Shown: piece by piece, positions 42,845 to 56,603 of the stretch
Position numbering within the stretch: position 1 is the first letter of the stretch
Layout: every line of letters begins with the position of its first letter
Source of the DNA: Octopus sinensis
Lineage: Eukaryota
Direction: 5' to 3'
Length of the DNA: 64,000 nucleotides
Assembly (NCBI RefSeq): GCF_006345805.1
Contig: NC_042998.1
Location: 82,646,001-82,710,000 of the forward strand
Program-made: the position numbers and the translations under genes
The notes under the pieces: model-generated
Seen by the model: the letters and a program-made list of their open reading frames with translations, nothing else
What the model was told of the DNA's origin: nothing
Databases searched by the model: none

Positions 42845-44413
<1,569 letters not shown>

Positions 44414-44597
44414 TATCATCTTACTTTATTAAAAAAATAGTGTTATTAGTACTTATTTTATTGACCATGGAGACGAGAAAAGCTAAGTGGGATTGAAGCA
44501 CAGAACATAGCGGTGTAAGACTAATTGTGTCATTTCAATACTTTGCTAATTTTTTACGCTTAACCCAACTTAATACTCACTATAGATCATCCTTATG

Positions 44598-44865
44598 TGT
44601 GCCTTTGTGTGTGGCACATTGAGCAAGTGTCTTCTAATATAGCCCTGGGGCTGAATAAAGCCTTGTGAGTGGATTTGGAAGACGGAAACTTGAAAGAAGG
44701 CGGTCGTATGCGTGTGTGTGCGTTTATATATTTGTTTGTTTATTTGTTTGTTTGTGTGTGTGAGAGAGAGAGAGAGAGAAAGACTTTCTTTCTATCTGTT
44801 CCCCTACACCGATTGACAACCGATTGGTTTGTTTACGTTCCAGCAATTAAGTGGCTCGGCTAAAA
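44598..44865 (+). mobile_element. SINE family B, partial
   Basis: ggcacattgagcaagtgtcttc...gacggaaact core. Confidence 0.75.
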
Positions 44866-45702
44866 GGTTCTATTCTGTTGCCTATTATGTTAGATAAAGA
44901 TGAACGTTTCTAACGCACGTTTTGGCTTCATTGTATGACAAGATGTTACTCCTATATTTAGAGTATTGTGACGAGTGCTATAAAGCATGAATTTGGTTCC
45001 TAAAACAAATGAGATTGTAATTCAGTTTCAGTCCTGAATTAAAGCCGTTTCCCTATATATAAATCACTAATGCTCTTGAGAAACGCATAGGCATCGCAAA
45101 TTGTATATGGCGTTTCTAAGTTACAGGATTTTTCATGTCTAATCTAAAATATATCAATGCACGGGAAGCAATCTATACTGAAACAAGTGTGTTACCTTTG
45201 AACGAATGATGTGTTAATTTTGAATGGATGAGAAGAGCATAAATTGAGATAACTAACGATACTCTTGTATAGAACTGTTTTCGAAAGTTTGGTGATGGGA
45301 AGAATCGCTACAACTTCGAACAACGAGCTTTGCAGTATTTGTCCCGGCTCGTTACGTTCTGAGTTCGAATTTCACCAAGGTCAACTTCACCTTTCATCCT
45401 TTCAAGATTGATAATATAAAATACAAATCGGGTATTTGGAGGTCATATACAAATTGCTTGTCTATGGAGATTGCCAGACACGTATTTTGATATGATTTCA
45501 ATGCCTCAGCAACAGACACCGTTTCGGCCACTTATATCCTAGTCGGAAATTCTCTTTCTCTCTCTGAACAGCAAAATATATATATTCTGATGCCTTTGCT
45601 ACGGCATTGTTAAACTATCATTCGTTTAAGATAAGCGGCGTTCAAAATATCAAACTGTATACATATATGTAACGTGCTCCTGTGCACTAGAGCCTGAAAG
45701 GC

Positions 45703-45755
45703 TATCGCTATGACACGCAGGTTTCAGCGTGAGTACGCATCCTCAGTGACTGATA
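45703..45755 (-). ncRNA. Hammerhead-like motif with decayed helix I
   Basis: CTGAGGA-t-gcgt-actc-acgc-t-GAAA-cctgcgtg-TC; GUC triplet. Confidence 0.55.
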
Positions 45756-46009
45756 CCTTTTCAGTCACACAAATATGATGTGTGTGTGCACGCGCGTATG
45801 TATACTTCCGTGCGGCAAATTTTAAACGCATGAACCAAGTTCAATCAACAATATTATCTGTAAACCTTTAAAATCAGGCTAATATAGTAAGCTGTCTCCC
45901 GTGCTCTATCTCCCTGGTTCTGCCCCTCTCTCTGCCTCTGTCCCTGCCTCTCTCTCTTCTTCTCATTCTCTGTCTCTGTATACACACATTTGTGTATATA
46001 TGTATATAT

Positions 46010-46085
<76 letters not shown>

Positions 46086-46262
46086 GGAAAGCGAGAAACA
46101 GGAAGATAGAAGATAGAAGATAGAGAACTAACTTCCTTACAAAAATCTACAATTTGATTTGAATCGAAATAGCTGTATAAGAGGGCGAGATGAATAAAAG
46201 TTTATTTCAAAATTACAGTTGGTTAACAGTGGACTATACATATATATATATATATATTATAT

Positions 46263-46304
<42 letters not shown>

Positions 46305-46644
46305 AACACACATACATATACAGCAGGTACGTAAATTAGCTTTACAAGTTGAAACACTGAGAAAAATCTGAAATTGAGTAGGTCGCAAGCAGCCAATGGA
46401 GCCAACGTAGAAGTGTTCTGGTGTTTCTAATAAAAATAATTATTTGTTTACTTGTGTTTACCAATAAATTCTGCTGCGTTATTCTTTTTTTTTCTGAATT
46501 TTTCAAATGCAAAGCTAATTTATGGACACCCTCAGTTCGTGTATATATGTTTGTATGTGTGTGTGTGTTTATATATATATATAATCTTATATATATATAA
46601 TATATATATAATGTATATATTATTATATATATATATTATATATA

Positions 46645-46679
<35 letters not shown>

Positions 46680-47213
46680 AGTTAGCGGATGCATATAACT
46701 ATCACGCATTTATCTAGGTCAGTCATTGCCAAAATTCTTCCCTTCGAGTCATACAGAAGGTGATATAAAAACATAGTTAACTTTTCCTGGAACATTTAGA
46801 ACTATGACTATCAAGTGGAGTTTAAAATTTCGGAAATAAACATGTGCGTAAATGTGTAAAAAAGGTGCATGCGTGCATATGTATGCATAGATACATACAT
46901 TCACACATACATACATATGGCTATATGTGTGTATATATACATACATATATATATATTTATATATATATATATATAAAGATTATGAGAGGTAATAGTGTTA
47001 AGAAGACCCAAAGGTGTCAGGTATTGCAGAGTAAGTGCTATGGACACACTATAGTTAAGCTCCAGGTTCGGTAATGATACGAATGAGGACTTCACTGTAG
47101 GTTGTATATTAGCATGCATATATATAAAAATTAAGAGAATGAGATTAAAAAATCCAAGGCTGTGAAAGCACTCTGTATGTCATATCTTCTCTATAATAAC
47201 TATTGCTTAACCA

Positions 47214-47259
47214 CCTCTGATGAAGGGATATATAAAATATCCCGGAAACAGCTGTAAGG
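47214..47259 (+). ncRNA. Minimal type I hammerhead motif
   Basis: cct-CTGATGA-a-gggatat-ataaa-atatccc-g-GAAA-cagctg-TA-agg; palindromic ACAGCTGT helix III. Confidence 0.75.
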
Positions 47260-47359
47260 CCTCTTTATAAATGTTCTGAAATCTTTCATAGCCTTGGATT
47301 TTTATCGCATTCTGTTAATTTTATATATATATACATATACATATACACACAGACACACA

Positions 47360-47399
<40 letters not shown>

Positions 47400-48006
47400 C
47401 TATTTCTTATCTTGGCTCATTAACCCCGTGTATGGAAAATTATGAGTAGCGCAGTTTTCAAAACGTTCAAACATTAATATGGATTTTTTTCTTAAGCCTT
47501 AAGTTATGATTTTTAAAAATCTGAGTCGCACATAAAACTAACATCGCACCAATGTTCCTCGAAGTACTTTTCAGAAAATACTGATTTACATATATAAATA
47601 CACTGTAAGACATGCAAATGAACTTTTAGTGTATGAATGAATAAAGATAATTGTGCTATGCTATTATAAATGTAGTTAAAGATGTTGCTGGATTAATTCT
47701 ATTTAATATAGATTTTTTATTTTAATATGATGAATATGAAGCAATAAGTTACGTTCTGAATCATTAGGAGTGAATTACATTAATTACTGAAGCGTGGTTT
47801 CATTGTGTAGTTGAAATGTTCTGTCATTCAGATCAGTGAAGTGTTGACAAAGAACTCTATTCTAAACTTAAAACGAGTGATAAATTAAATATGCGTGCGT
47901 ATCATATACACCTGTATATTTAAGCACACATACACACACATATGTGAGTGTATGCATGCGTATATTTATACATACGTACATATTATATACATACATACAT
48001 ATACAT

Positions 48007-48047
<41 letters not shown>

Positions 48048-48133
48048 GGTCCCGGGTTGATTCGGGGTTAACCACAGTAAATAAGGTACTCAATACATAG
48101 CAGAGTAAAATTAATTTATTATATAGAAGGAGC

Positions 48134-48178
48134 TTCTACAGGACTAGAACTGTTTCATTCAAGAGAAATCTTCAGGAA
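48134..48178 (-). ncRNA. Type I hammerhead motif
   Basis: ttc-CTGAAGA-tttc-tctt-gaat-GAAA-cag-ttctagtc-ctg-TA-gaa. Confidence 0.72.
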
Positions 48179-48292
48179 TATATATATATATATAACGGGA
48201 AGCTTTATGAAAATAAACAAAAGACGAAGGCAGGTGGAAAACAAACGAACAATTGTATTAGTATGGCGCTCAGGAAATATAAATAAAACAAG

Positions 48293-48330
48293 TCTTTAAC
48301 GTTTCGAGCCTACGCTCTTCAACAGAAAGA
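48293..48330 (-). ncRNA. Minimal hammerhead-like motif, CUGUYGA family copy 4 (best preserved)
   Basis: tcttt-CTGTTGA-A-GAGC-gtag-GCTC-GAAA-cg-TT-aaaga; perfect helices I and II, palindromic AACGTT. Confidence 0.65.
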
Positions 48331-48433
48331 TACACAGAGAGAGAAAAACACAGAAAGAAGGAGAGAAAAAAAAATGCGTGCAGTAGCTAACGAATCAACA
48401 TACATGGGGTTAATGAGCCAAGATAAGAAATAG

Positions 48434-48475
<42 letters not shown>

Positions 48476-48552
48476 TGTGTGTCTGTGTGTCTGTGTGTAT
48501 ATGGATATGTATATATATATAAAATTAACAGAATGCGATAAAAATCCAAGGC

Positions 48553-48585
<33 letters not shown>

Positions 48586-49117
48586 ATATATATATATAAT
48601 ATGTATATATATATATATATGTATATATATATGTATATATATATATATAAACGCATATATGTTTGTATACATGTGTATTTTCGTTTCTGTGAGTCAGAGG
48701 AGGTACTAAATACATATGTGCTTCCTAGTGCTTCCCATGAACTGCAAAGAAGATATTCCACACTGAAGGCGCTTAATGAATAGGAAATTTCTGTGAGTGC
48801 ATGTGTATTTTGTGTGCGTGTGTGTATGTGTGTCTTTACCTGTGTATGTGTATAATAAAGTTACCGTAATCCTATAATAAATTAGTTCAGTTGTACTTCT
48901 TTATGTGGTGATACTTAGTACACTTAGCCGATCTTCTTTTGTAATGTGACTGATGGTATGTTGATGAAATATTTCTAGGCGTTACAGAGTCCGTAAGCAT
49001 TTATGCAATGTGTATATTCATTGCTCATTTTCAGTATCGATTTCGAAATATTAAAATTTCCCCTATCTTATCTTATAATTAATCATATAGCTCCTTAATG
49101 CTATATTTTTCCAGTGA

Positions 49118-49442
49118 AGGCGTGTGACTTAGTGGTAGGGAGTATGGTATTCGGCTCATGACTGTAAAGTTGTGGGTTCGATCCCCAGCGTCACATTCTG
49201 TCCTTAAGCAAGACACTTTATTATACGTTGCTCCAGTCCACTCAGCTGGCAAAATTTAGTTGTAATTCTAATGCCAACGACCAGCTTTGTCACATTCTGT
49301 GCCACGCAGAATCTCCCTGAGGATTACATCAAGTGTACGTGTGTCTGTAAAGTGCTCAGCCACTTTCACGTTAACTTCACGAGCAGGTTGTTCTGTCGAT
49401 TACATCAACTGTAACATATATCATCACAACCGACGAAGTGTC
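49118..49442 (+). mobile_element. SINE family C
   Basis: A-box gacttagtgg, B-box GGTTCGATCCC and core gcaagacactttattatacgttgctccagtccactcagc. Confidence 0.8.
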
Positions 49443-49803
49443 AGTTTAGTTCTGTTTTTCCTATATGGCTAAATATTTACTCACACATTCCGATATACGT
49501 TAGATAGTTGCATATCAAGAGGGACTGATATGGTAGTTCTATAAATTGATGGATGGGTACAATATATTACTAACAGAATTTCTGTAAGTGTGATCACAGT
49601 TTACACTTTGATGATAAACATAGACGGTATTAGTCACGGACCTCTAGTCTTATTGCATGATTTTGAGCGATTGTACTCCATGCAAGATCGATGCAACGTA
49701 AAACAAAGTACCTTACAGTTTATGTTCCAGTTCTTTGCATTTTGAATTCAAATTCCGCCAAGGTCAGTTTTACTTTTGTTCTCAGGGAATTGTAAAATAA
49801 AGA

Positions 49804-50248
49804 CAGGTCATCGCCGACTTATGACTACAATTGGTTCCGACTGACTGGTCGTAAGTCAATTTGATCGTAAGTCGGCCTATAGGCCTACATAGCTTTGCTT
49901 TATATTTTTACATTTTTGAGGTACGTTCTCAGGTAAAAGTCACACACAGTATATTGTATTATACTATTATACTGGCATTAGTAAAAAAATTCGTAGTCTC
50001 AAGCAGTTGTCTCATAAACAAATACGAGAATGCTTTGATATCTCCGTGACAGAATAGTCATCCAACACAGAGATGATCGATAACCAAACCTAAGGGAAGC
50101 GTTTGTTTGCTGACATCATCCGTAGACGGGTTAATTTCCAAGAATAGATTTCAACTGGACTATTTATTATTACTGCCCAGAGCTGGCGTGCTAATCGTCG
50201 TAAAGTCGATCGGGTTAAGTCAGATAGGTCGTAAATCGGCGAGGACAT
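49804..50248. mobile_element. pogo/Tigger-like MITE
   Basis: Imperfect TIRs gtc(a/c)tcgccga(c/t)tta(t/c)gac and subterminal ggtcgtaagtc repeats. Confidence 0.55.
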
Positions 50249-50464
50249 ATAATAGTCATGTACTACCAGAGGTATAACAGTCTTAGCTCACTCAATCAGA
50301 GCTTTTGGATGTTTATCTATGTTAGAAGCAATAATAATGTTTTAAACGCCACCGTTCTGAGACTTGCCTTTCATACTTTTTCAGGATCGATTAAACATAG
50401 TAACAGCAAGTAGTTGTGTCGACAGTAGCCTAAGAATAATAATAATAACGATTCTTTCAAATGT

Positions 50465-50630
50465 TGGCATAAGGCCAGTAATTTTGAGGGGAGGAGGTTT
50501 GTCGATTACATCTACCCAAGTAATTCATTGGTATCTTATTTCGACTCTGAAAGAGTGAAAGGCAAAGTTGATTACGGCGGGAATTGGAGATCAGAAAGTA
50601 AAAAGCAGGAAGTATAGACGTTTAGCACAT
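50465..50630 (-). mobile_element. SINE family A, degenerate
   Basis: Core and B-box remnants. Confidence 0.65.
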
Positions 50631-50726
50631 TGTCCAAAGAGAAAACGGTTCTGTGAGTTCACTACCTTAATAATAATAATAATAATATAATAATAATAAT
50701 AATAATATAATAATAATAATAATAAT

Positions 50727-50984
50727 ACGATGACAACAGAATCAATGTGAAAGAAGAAGAAAAATAAACAATTATGACGATTTAAAGTGGGAAATACGAA
50801 AGTTGTGGTCAATGAAGAGAGCAGACGTGATACCAGTAGTAATTGGTGCACTTGAAAGTATCAGCACTCAGCTACCAGCATGGCCGAAGAAGATTGGTGC
50901 AAGTATGAAGGTAGAACTTAGACTGATGGCTGTGGACAGCTGACACTTGCCATCATACCCAACAAAATAAGCTGTGACTTTTCA
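50727..50984 (+). mobile_element. R4/Dong-type 3' fragment in (AAT)n
   Basis: EEEKINNYDDLKWEIRKLWSMKRADVIPVVIGAL; (AAT)n on both sides. Confidence 0.8.
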
Positions 50985-50985
50985 T

Positions 50986-51016
<31 letters not shown>

Positions 51017-51035
51017 CAACAACAACAACAATAAT

Positions 51036-51365
51036 AGTTTCAAATCTGGGCACAAGGCCAGCAAATTCGGGTAAGTGTGTGAGCCGATTACATCGTCTGC
51101 AGTGCTCAACTGGTACTTAATTTATCGACCCCGAAAGGATGAAAGACAAATTCGACCATTTTCTTCCCTAAAAGGCAGAAAGCCTGAAATTTTGGGAGAG
51201 AGGGCTAGTCGATTACATTGGACCCCAGTATTAAACTGCTACTTATTTCATCGACTCCGAAAAGATAAAAGGCAAATCGGCCTGAACGGCATTTGCGCTC
51301 AGAACAAGAGACAGATGAAATGCCAGTAAGTATTTTGCCTGGAGTACTTACGATTTCGCCAGCTT
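51036..51365 (-). mobile_element. Two partial SINE family A copies
   Basis: Two cores (ttatcgacccc / ttcatcgactcc) in tandem. Confidence 0.75.
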
Positions 51366-52757
51366 CAGTATGAAATCGAAGAGGTTCTGTATCGTTATAC
51401 GACATGCTACAATCCATAACCAAACCATACCCTATGCTCTTAAATAAAAAAAAAAAGTATGATAACAAAGTCCAAGATGTGTCATGTCTAGAAAAATACA
51501 TGTGATGGTCATAGTTGTAATGCATTTATAAATACATGACTAAACATTGACTATAACAGAAGATTTTTCTATATAGTTGAATAGCTTTTGTAAAGATTTG
51601 TTGTCAAGAAAAATGACATTTCTTCCTATAGTGTTGAAAGATTTAAAAAATAATTTCTCCCTAACGTGAAGAAATAACTGAGATAATCATCGCGTTGTCA
51701 TAGATTTCTACGTTTTATATTTTCTATATCAATTTTATTGCTCTGAGTTAATCTGGTAACCAATTAGCAATTTTAAAGAAGAGAGAATATTTCCAAGTAT
51801 TATTTGTAAGACAGGGAAAAAAATAATCGTAAATTATTTTGCAACATAAGGAAATTTGTATATTCTTAACCGATTATCACATTTGAAGTAGAGAAAATGT
51901 TATCAAATATCATTCGGAAAGAAGAAAGAGAAAAATTTCTTAGAATATTTTTTTAATATGAAAGATTTGTATATTTTTCATAGCAAATTTTTTGTGTTTT
52001 CGTACCCGTTATTTTCAAAGGTAATAAATATTATTTCATACAGATTTCTAACTATAAATTACGTTTCCTGGATTTAGAATAAACCCATCCTCATGCATGT
52101 TTTTGTGGATTGTATGACGTCACTAAAAGGGATGGCGATAGAAAATGTATTCAGCTGCAAAATCTCCGTCAACCTTTGCAATTAAAAAATTGGACGTAAA
52201 ATGACGATGATGACCATGATCATGATCATGATGATGGAGGTAGTGGTGGTGGCAGTGGTGGCAGTGGTGGTGGTGGTGGTGGTGGTGGTGGTGGTGGTGG
52301 TGTTGGTCGTCGTCGTGGCATTGGTAGAGACGAAAATGATGATGGAATGGTGGTTGATGATGACGATGATGACTACGACGACAACGTCGATGTTTCCCTT
52401 TATTGTTTTTCTTTTGTTTTTCATAAATCAGTAATTTAGTCAACCGTCTTGTTCTCCAAGGCAACATACATACGTGGCACGCGCGTCGATATCTACCGAT
52501 GTCACTGATTTATTACCAGTAGAGACGAAATTTGTCTAAGCATGTGGTTGATAGTGATAACATGCTACCGAAAACGCGCAAATACGCAGAAATCCCCGAT
52601 CTTCCAATTCACCGACGCTGCTATGCACTTTTCTTCTGGTATTTCTGATATTACTGTTCTTTTTAGTACTATACGCTTTTATGAGAAGCTTTCTCAAGAC
52701 TAATATTGCAGTCTTGGAGTTTTCTTGCTGTTTTTCCACCTTAAGCACGAAATGCTG

Positions 52758-52797
<40 letters not shown>

Positions 52798-53517
52798 TGG
52801 GGCGTGTTTGTGTGTATATATGTAAATATATATATATATATTCATATGCATTGTGTATAAAGGTGTATACACACAAAGAGAAACCCTCTGGCAGGACTTC
52901 TTACATGCTAGAAAGGGCAATGAAACACAACCATGAAAAAATAATTCAAAAGGCACAACAACGATAAAGCACTAGAATGAAAGGAATTATTATTTTTTAG
53001 TTAATCTCATACTCGAGTTTCCCTATTAATGAGCAAATAAATTAATTTGTCATCTGTAGTTCGTCGGTGAGATAGCTAAAACAATGCATAGTTATGTAGG
53101 TAGCAATAATACGTACCAAAAGAACACGTTCCAGCTACATCGCATATAACATTTTGGTTTCAAATCAAGTGCGCAGGCGCATGCATATAAACAGCAGCAA
53201 ATCATTAATTTTTTTAAAAAACTGCTCACTTTAAGCCTCAGAATCAGGACGTTTTACTGAGTAAATCATAAGGGTAAAAAATTAGAATGATTTATTACCA
53301 GTGGTTTGCATGCGTAATAAAGTCATAAGACAAACATATATTCATATATAAAGTGTATAAGGGTATGTACACACAAAGAGAAGCCCTCTGGCAGGACTTC
53401 TTACATGCTAGAAAGATCAGTTAAACCCCACTGACTTTATGACTTTTATTACACATGCAAACCACTGGTAATAAATTATTCTAATTTTTTACCCTTATGA
53501 TTTATACAGTAAAACTT

Positions 53518-53609
<92 letters not shown>

Positions 53610-53679
53610 GACACATGTATCATATGGTCATGTGATCGACCAGACTATCTGAAGTTGGTATGCCTCACTGGTCATCATG

Positions 53680-53862
53680 CGCTATGTTCTGTTTTTCGTC
53701 TGCGAATGATGACACACTGCAGGCTAGGTGAGCAGGTCAGTATTCCCTTTGATGGGAAGTTCTTTTGGTCAGGAACACAACGCACCACCCGGCCCGGGGA
53801 ATCGAACCCACGAACTAGCGATCGTGAGTGCCACACCCTAGCCACTTGGCCGTGCGCCTTCA
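53680..53862 (-). mobile_element. SINE family C-like tRNA head
   Basis: ggcgcacggccaagtggctagggtg...gtgggttcgattccc (A- and B-box). Confidence 0.65.
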
Positions 53863-53869
53863 CACAAAT

Positions 53870-54039
53870 ATGTGGCTGTGTAGTAAGAAGTTGCTTCCCA
53901 ACCACATGGTTCCGGGTTCAGTCCCACGGTGTGGCACCTTGAGTAAGTGTCTTCTACTATAGCCTCGGACCGACCAAAGCCTTGCGAGTAGATTTGGTAG
54001 ATGGAAACTGAAAGAAGCACGTCGTATATATATATATAT

Positions 54040-54086
<47 letters not shown>

Positions 54087-54112
54087 CATATATGCATACA
54101 TACATACATACA

Positions 54113-54143
<31 letters not shown>

Positions 54144-54323
54144 TATGTATATATATATGTATATATGTGCATGTATATATATAGATATATATATGCATAC
54201 ATACACACACATACACACATACATATATATATACATATGTATGTAGGTATTTGTGTGCCAGTGTTTGTCCCTCTACCATCATTTGACACTGATGTTGGTA
54301 TGTTTACGTCCCCGTAACTTAGC
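53870..54323 (+). mobile_element. SINE family B with compound internal microsatellite
   Basis: Intact head; (TA)(GATA)(TACA) array; start of the 3' core. Confidence 0.88.
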
Positions 54324-54627
54324 AAGCAGAAGCAAACTACTTCCATATCTAGTACTGCAGAGAGTCAGAAATAGCCTGAAATCAGACTTCTATGCTTGTC
54401 TCGTTGCTAGAATGTAGTAGGGGTTTGCCCCCCCCCCTGCTCGCAATATATCTGATGCAGCTGTGTATCGTTAACAAGCTAGAGGAGATGTCCCCTTGGC
54501 GATACAAAATCGCAGTAAAGTCCCTTCGAACAGAACAGCCGTGTTGAAGTGGCTACAAACATTACTTGCTAGTACAACTACTGCGTTCATCTCTTAGATT
54601 TTAGAGCTAGCCTTTTTGCTGATACAC

Positions 54628-54691
<64 letters not shown>

Positions 54692-54698
54692 GTGTATG

Positions 54699-54730
<32 letters not shown>

Positions 54731-54844
54731 CATGTATGTATGTATGTATGTATGTATGTATGTACGTATGTATGTATGTATGAAAAAATTTAGTAGTGCA
54801 TCAGAATACCACTTGCTATAAATAGAGCTGTCGAGCTAAAGCCA

Positions 54845-55122
54845 CAAATTTCTTACTATTAAAATACACACAGCGAATACAACGAATATAACAGAAATAG
54901 GCTTACCTTGTATGAACTACAGAACCAAGGAAAACAGATATTCCGGGATCAATTGATTTTGCAGTAAGTCTGGCTGACGAGCTTCAAGTATATTAATACA
55001 AAAAGCGAAATCAATTGATCCTGGAATATCCGTATTTCTTATCTCTGCAGTTCATACAAGGGAAGCCTGTTTCTCTTATATTCGTTGCATTTGCCGTGTG
55101 TATTTTCATAGTGATAAATTTT
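54845..55122. repeat. Foldback with about 118-bp arms enclosing a hammerhead
   Basis: 54845-54962 is the reverse complement of 55005-55122. Confidence 0.85.
54969..55025 (+). ncRNA. Type I hammerhead ribozyme with intact core
   Basis: tctgg-CTGACGA-gctt...aagc-GAAA-tcaattga-TC-ctgga; G10.1-C11.1 pair, palindromic ATCAATTGAT helix III, AUC site. Confidence 0.85.
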
Positions 55123-55253
55123 TGCTTTTGGAGTGATAGTTCTATTCATAGCAAGTGAAATTGAGGTACCCTACTAAATTCTTTTGTATCTTTTACCTAT
55201 ATAGGTATAAACTTGCTAGCCACTTTAATAATATTATTATTATTATTATCATT

Positions 55254-55808
55254 GAGTGGCAGAGCAGTGCATGCCATCAAAGTAACACTGGGGTAAAATA
55301 TACAAAACTCAGTATACCCATCATGACTACCCGTCTGATAAGGGTACACGATGCACATGCATCACAACCATATGTGTGCGACATGGTGATCTCATATCAA
55401 GATAAACAGCACATAACCTTGCAGGTGGGGCTCAGTTAGAATTTTCTTCTGATCGAGTAACACATCCTGCTCAAAAGGTCCCTGAATAAGGGTTGTTTAA
55501 GGATGTTGAACGAAACACCCATGTTTCCAAAGGTGAATTATTCAAACCTCCAAGAATTTATTTCAATACACGGCTATGATGCCCCTCCACTACTTCTGCT
55601 CGTGATCAGAGATACACATATCACCAGCCACCAAAGGACATGCTCAACTGCTTAAGATCAAACAAATGACAAGCAAATCTGTGGTATTGAGCAGAATATT
55701 TCTTGTAGCCCATCTTTTATACCATGACAAAACAATGTACGTGATAACACTTCCAGTCAGTTAAGATAAAAAAACATGAGAGCCACTGCCTTGTACTGCA
55801 TAAGGGCA
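55254..55808 (-). mobile_element. 555-bp non-coding element, copy 2
   Basis: Reverse complement of 13077-13630; flanked by (TAT)n and (CAT)n. Confidence 0.85.
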
Positions 55809-55817
55809 TCATCATCG

Positions 55818-55859
<42 letters not shown>

Positions 55860-55905
55860 CCATCAACATCACCATCACCACCACCACCACCACCACAACT
55901 ACCAC

Positions 55906-55938
<33 letters not shown>

Positions 55939-55971
55939 TATTATTATTATTATTATTATCATTATTATTAT

Positions 55972-56583
55972 TGCCTTTGCACAGATTCTAATGCTGGAGA
56001 TGTACTACAGCGTCAGCTGTTCACTACCAGTGAACTAATGTAACACATCTTATTTTTCGAGCACCTTCCGGAGTATTCAGGCGGTTCCAAGCAGTGCTGT
56101 TTTCTGCAAGTGCTTCACCCTTGTTGCAGCCCTTATTTGTTCCACGTACTTCTCGAGATTTTTGCTCACTGTTCCCAGGGCTCCGACAATTATTGGTACT
56201 ACTACCCCCTTTTACATCGACCACAACTGCTTAACTTCTCAAGCTAACCTGTCATATCTCTCAACGTTGTTGTCAGCTGAGCATGCTATATCTATGATCC
56301 AGCATCGTTTGTTTTCTTTCTGAATTAAGACTATGTCTGGCTTCCCATTCTCTATCTCAAGGTCGCACTGAATCATAAAATCCCATAGGATCTTTGCATT
56401 TTTATTTTTATTTTTATTTTCGACGATGCCTTTAGGTTTGTGGTCGTACCAATTTTTTGCTCTGTGAAGTCCATACTTGTTGCGAAATGTCCAATCGACA
56501 AGCCTGACTATATTGTCATGGCGTCTCTTGTATTCCTTCTAGGCTAGTGGAGTACATTGGCTGGTAATATGCCATATATGCCA
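55972..56583 (-). mobile_element. R4/Dong-type 3' fragment
   Basis: KRRHDNI...WYDHKP...KILWDF...KPDIV...IIDIA...VPIIVGALG...KTALLGT; ends in (AAT)n. Confidence 0.85.
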
Positions 56584-56603
56584 TTATTATTATTATTATT
56601 ATT

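Noticed and set aside
52562-52760. Apparent type II membrane-protein N-terminus
   Set aside because: The ATG frame stops after about 30 codons; the hydrophobic run is in another frame without a start and is explained by T-richness.
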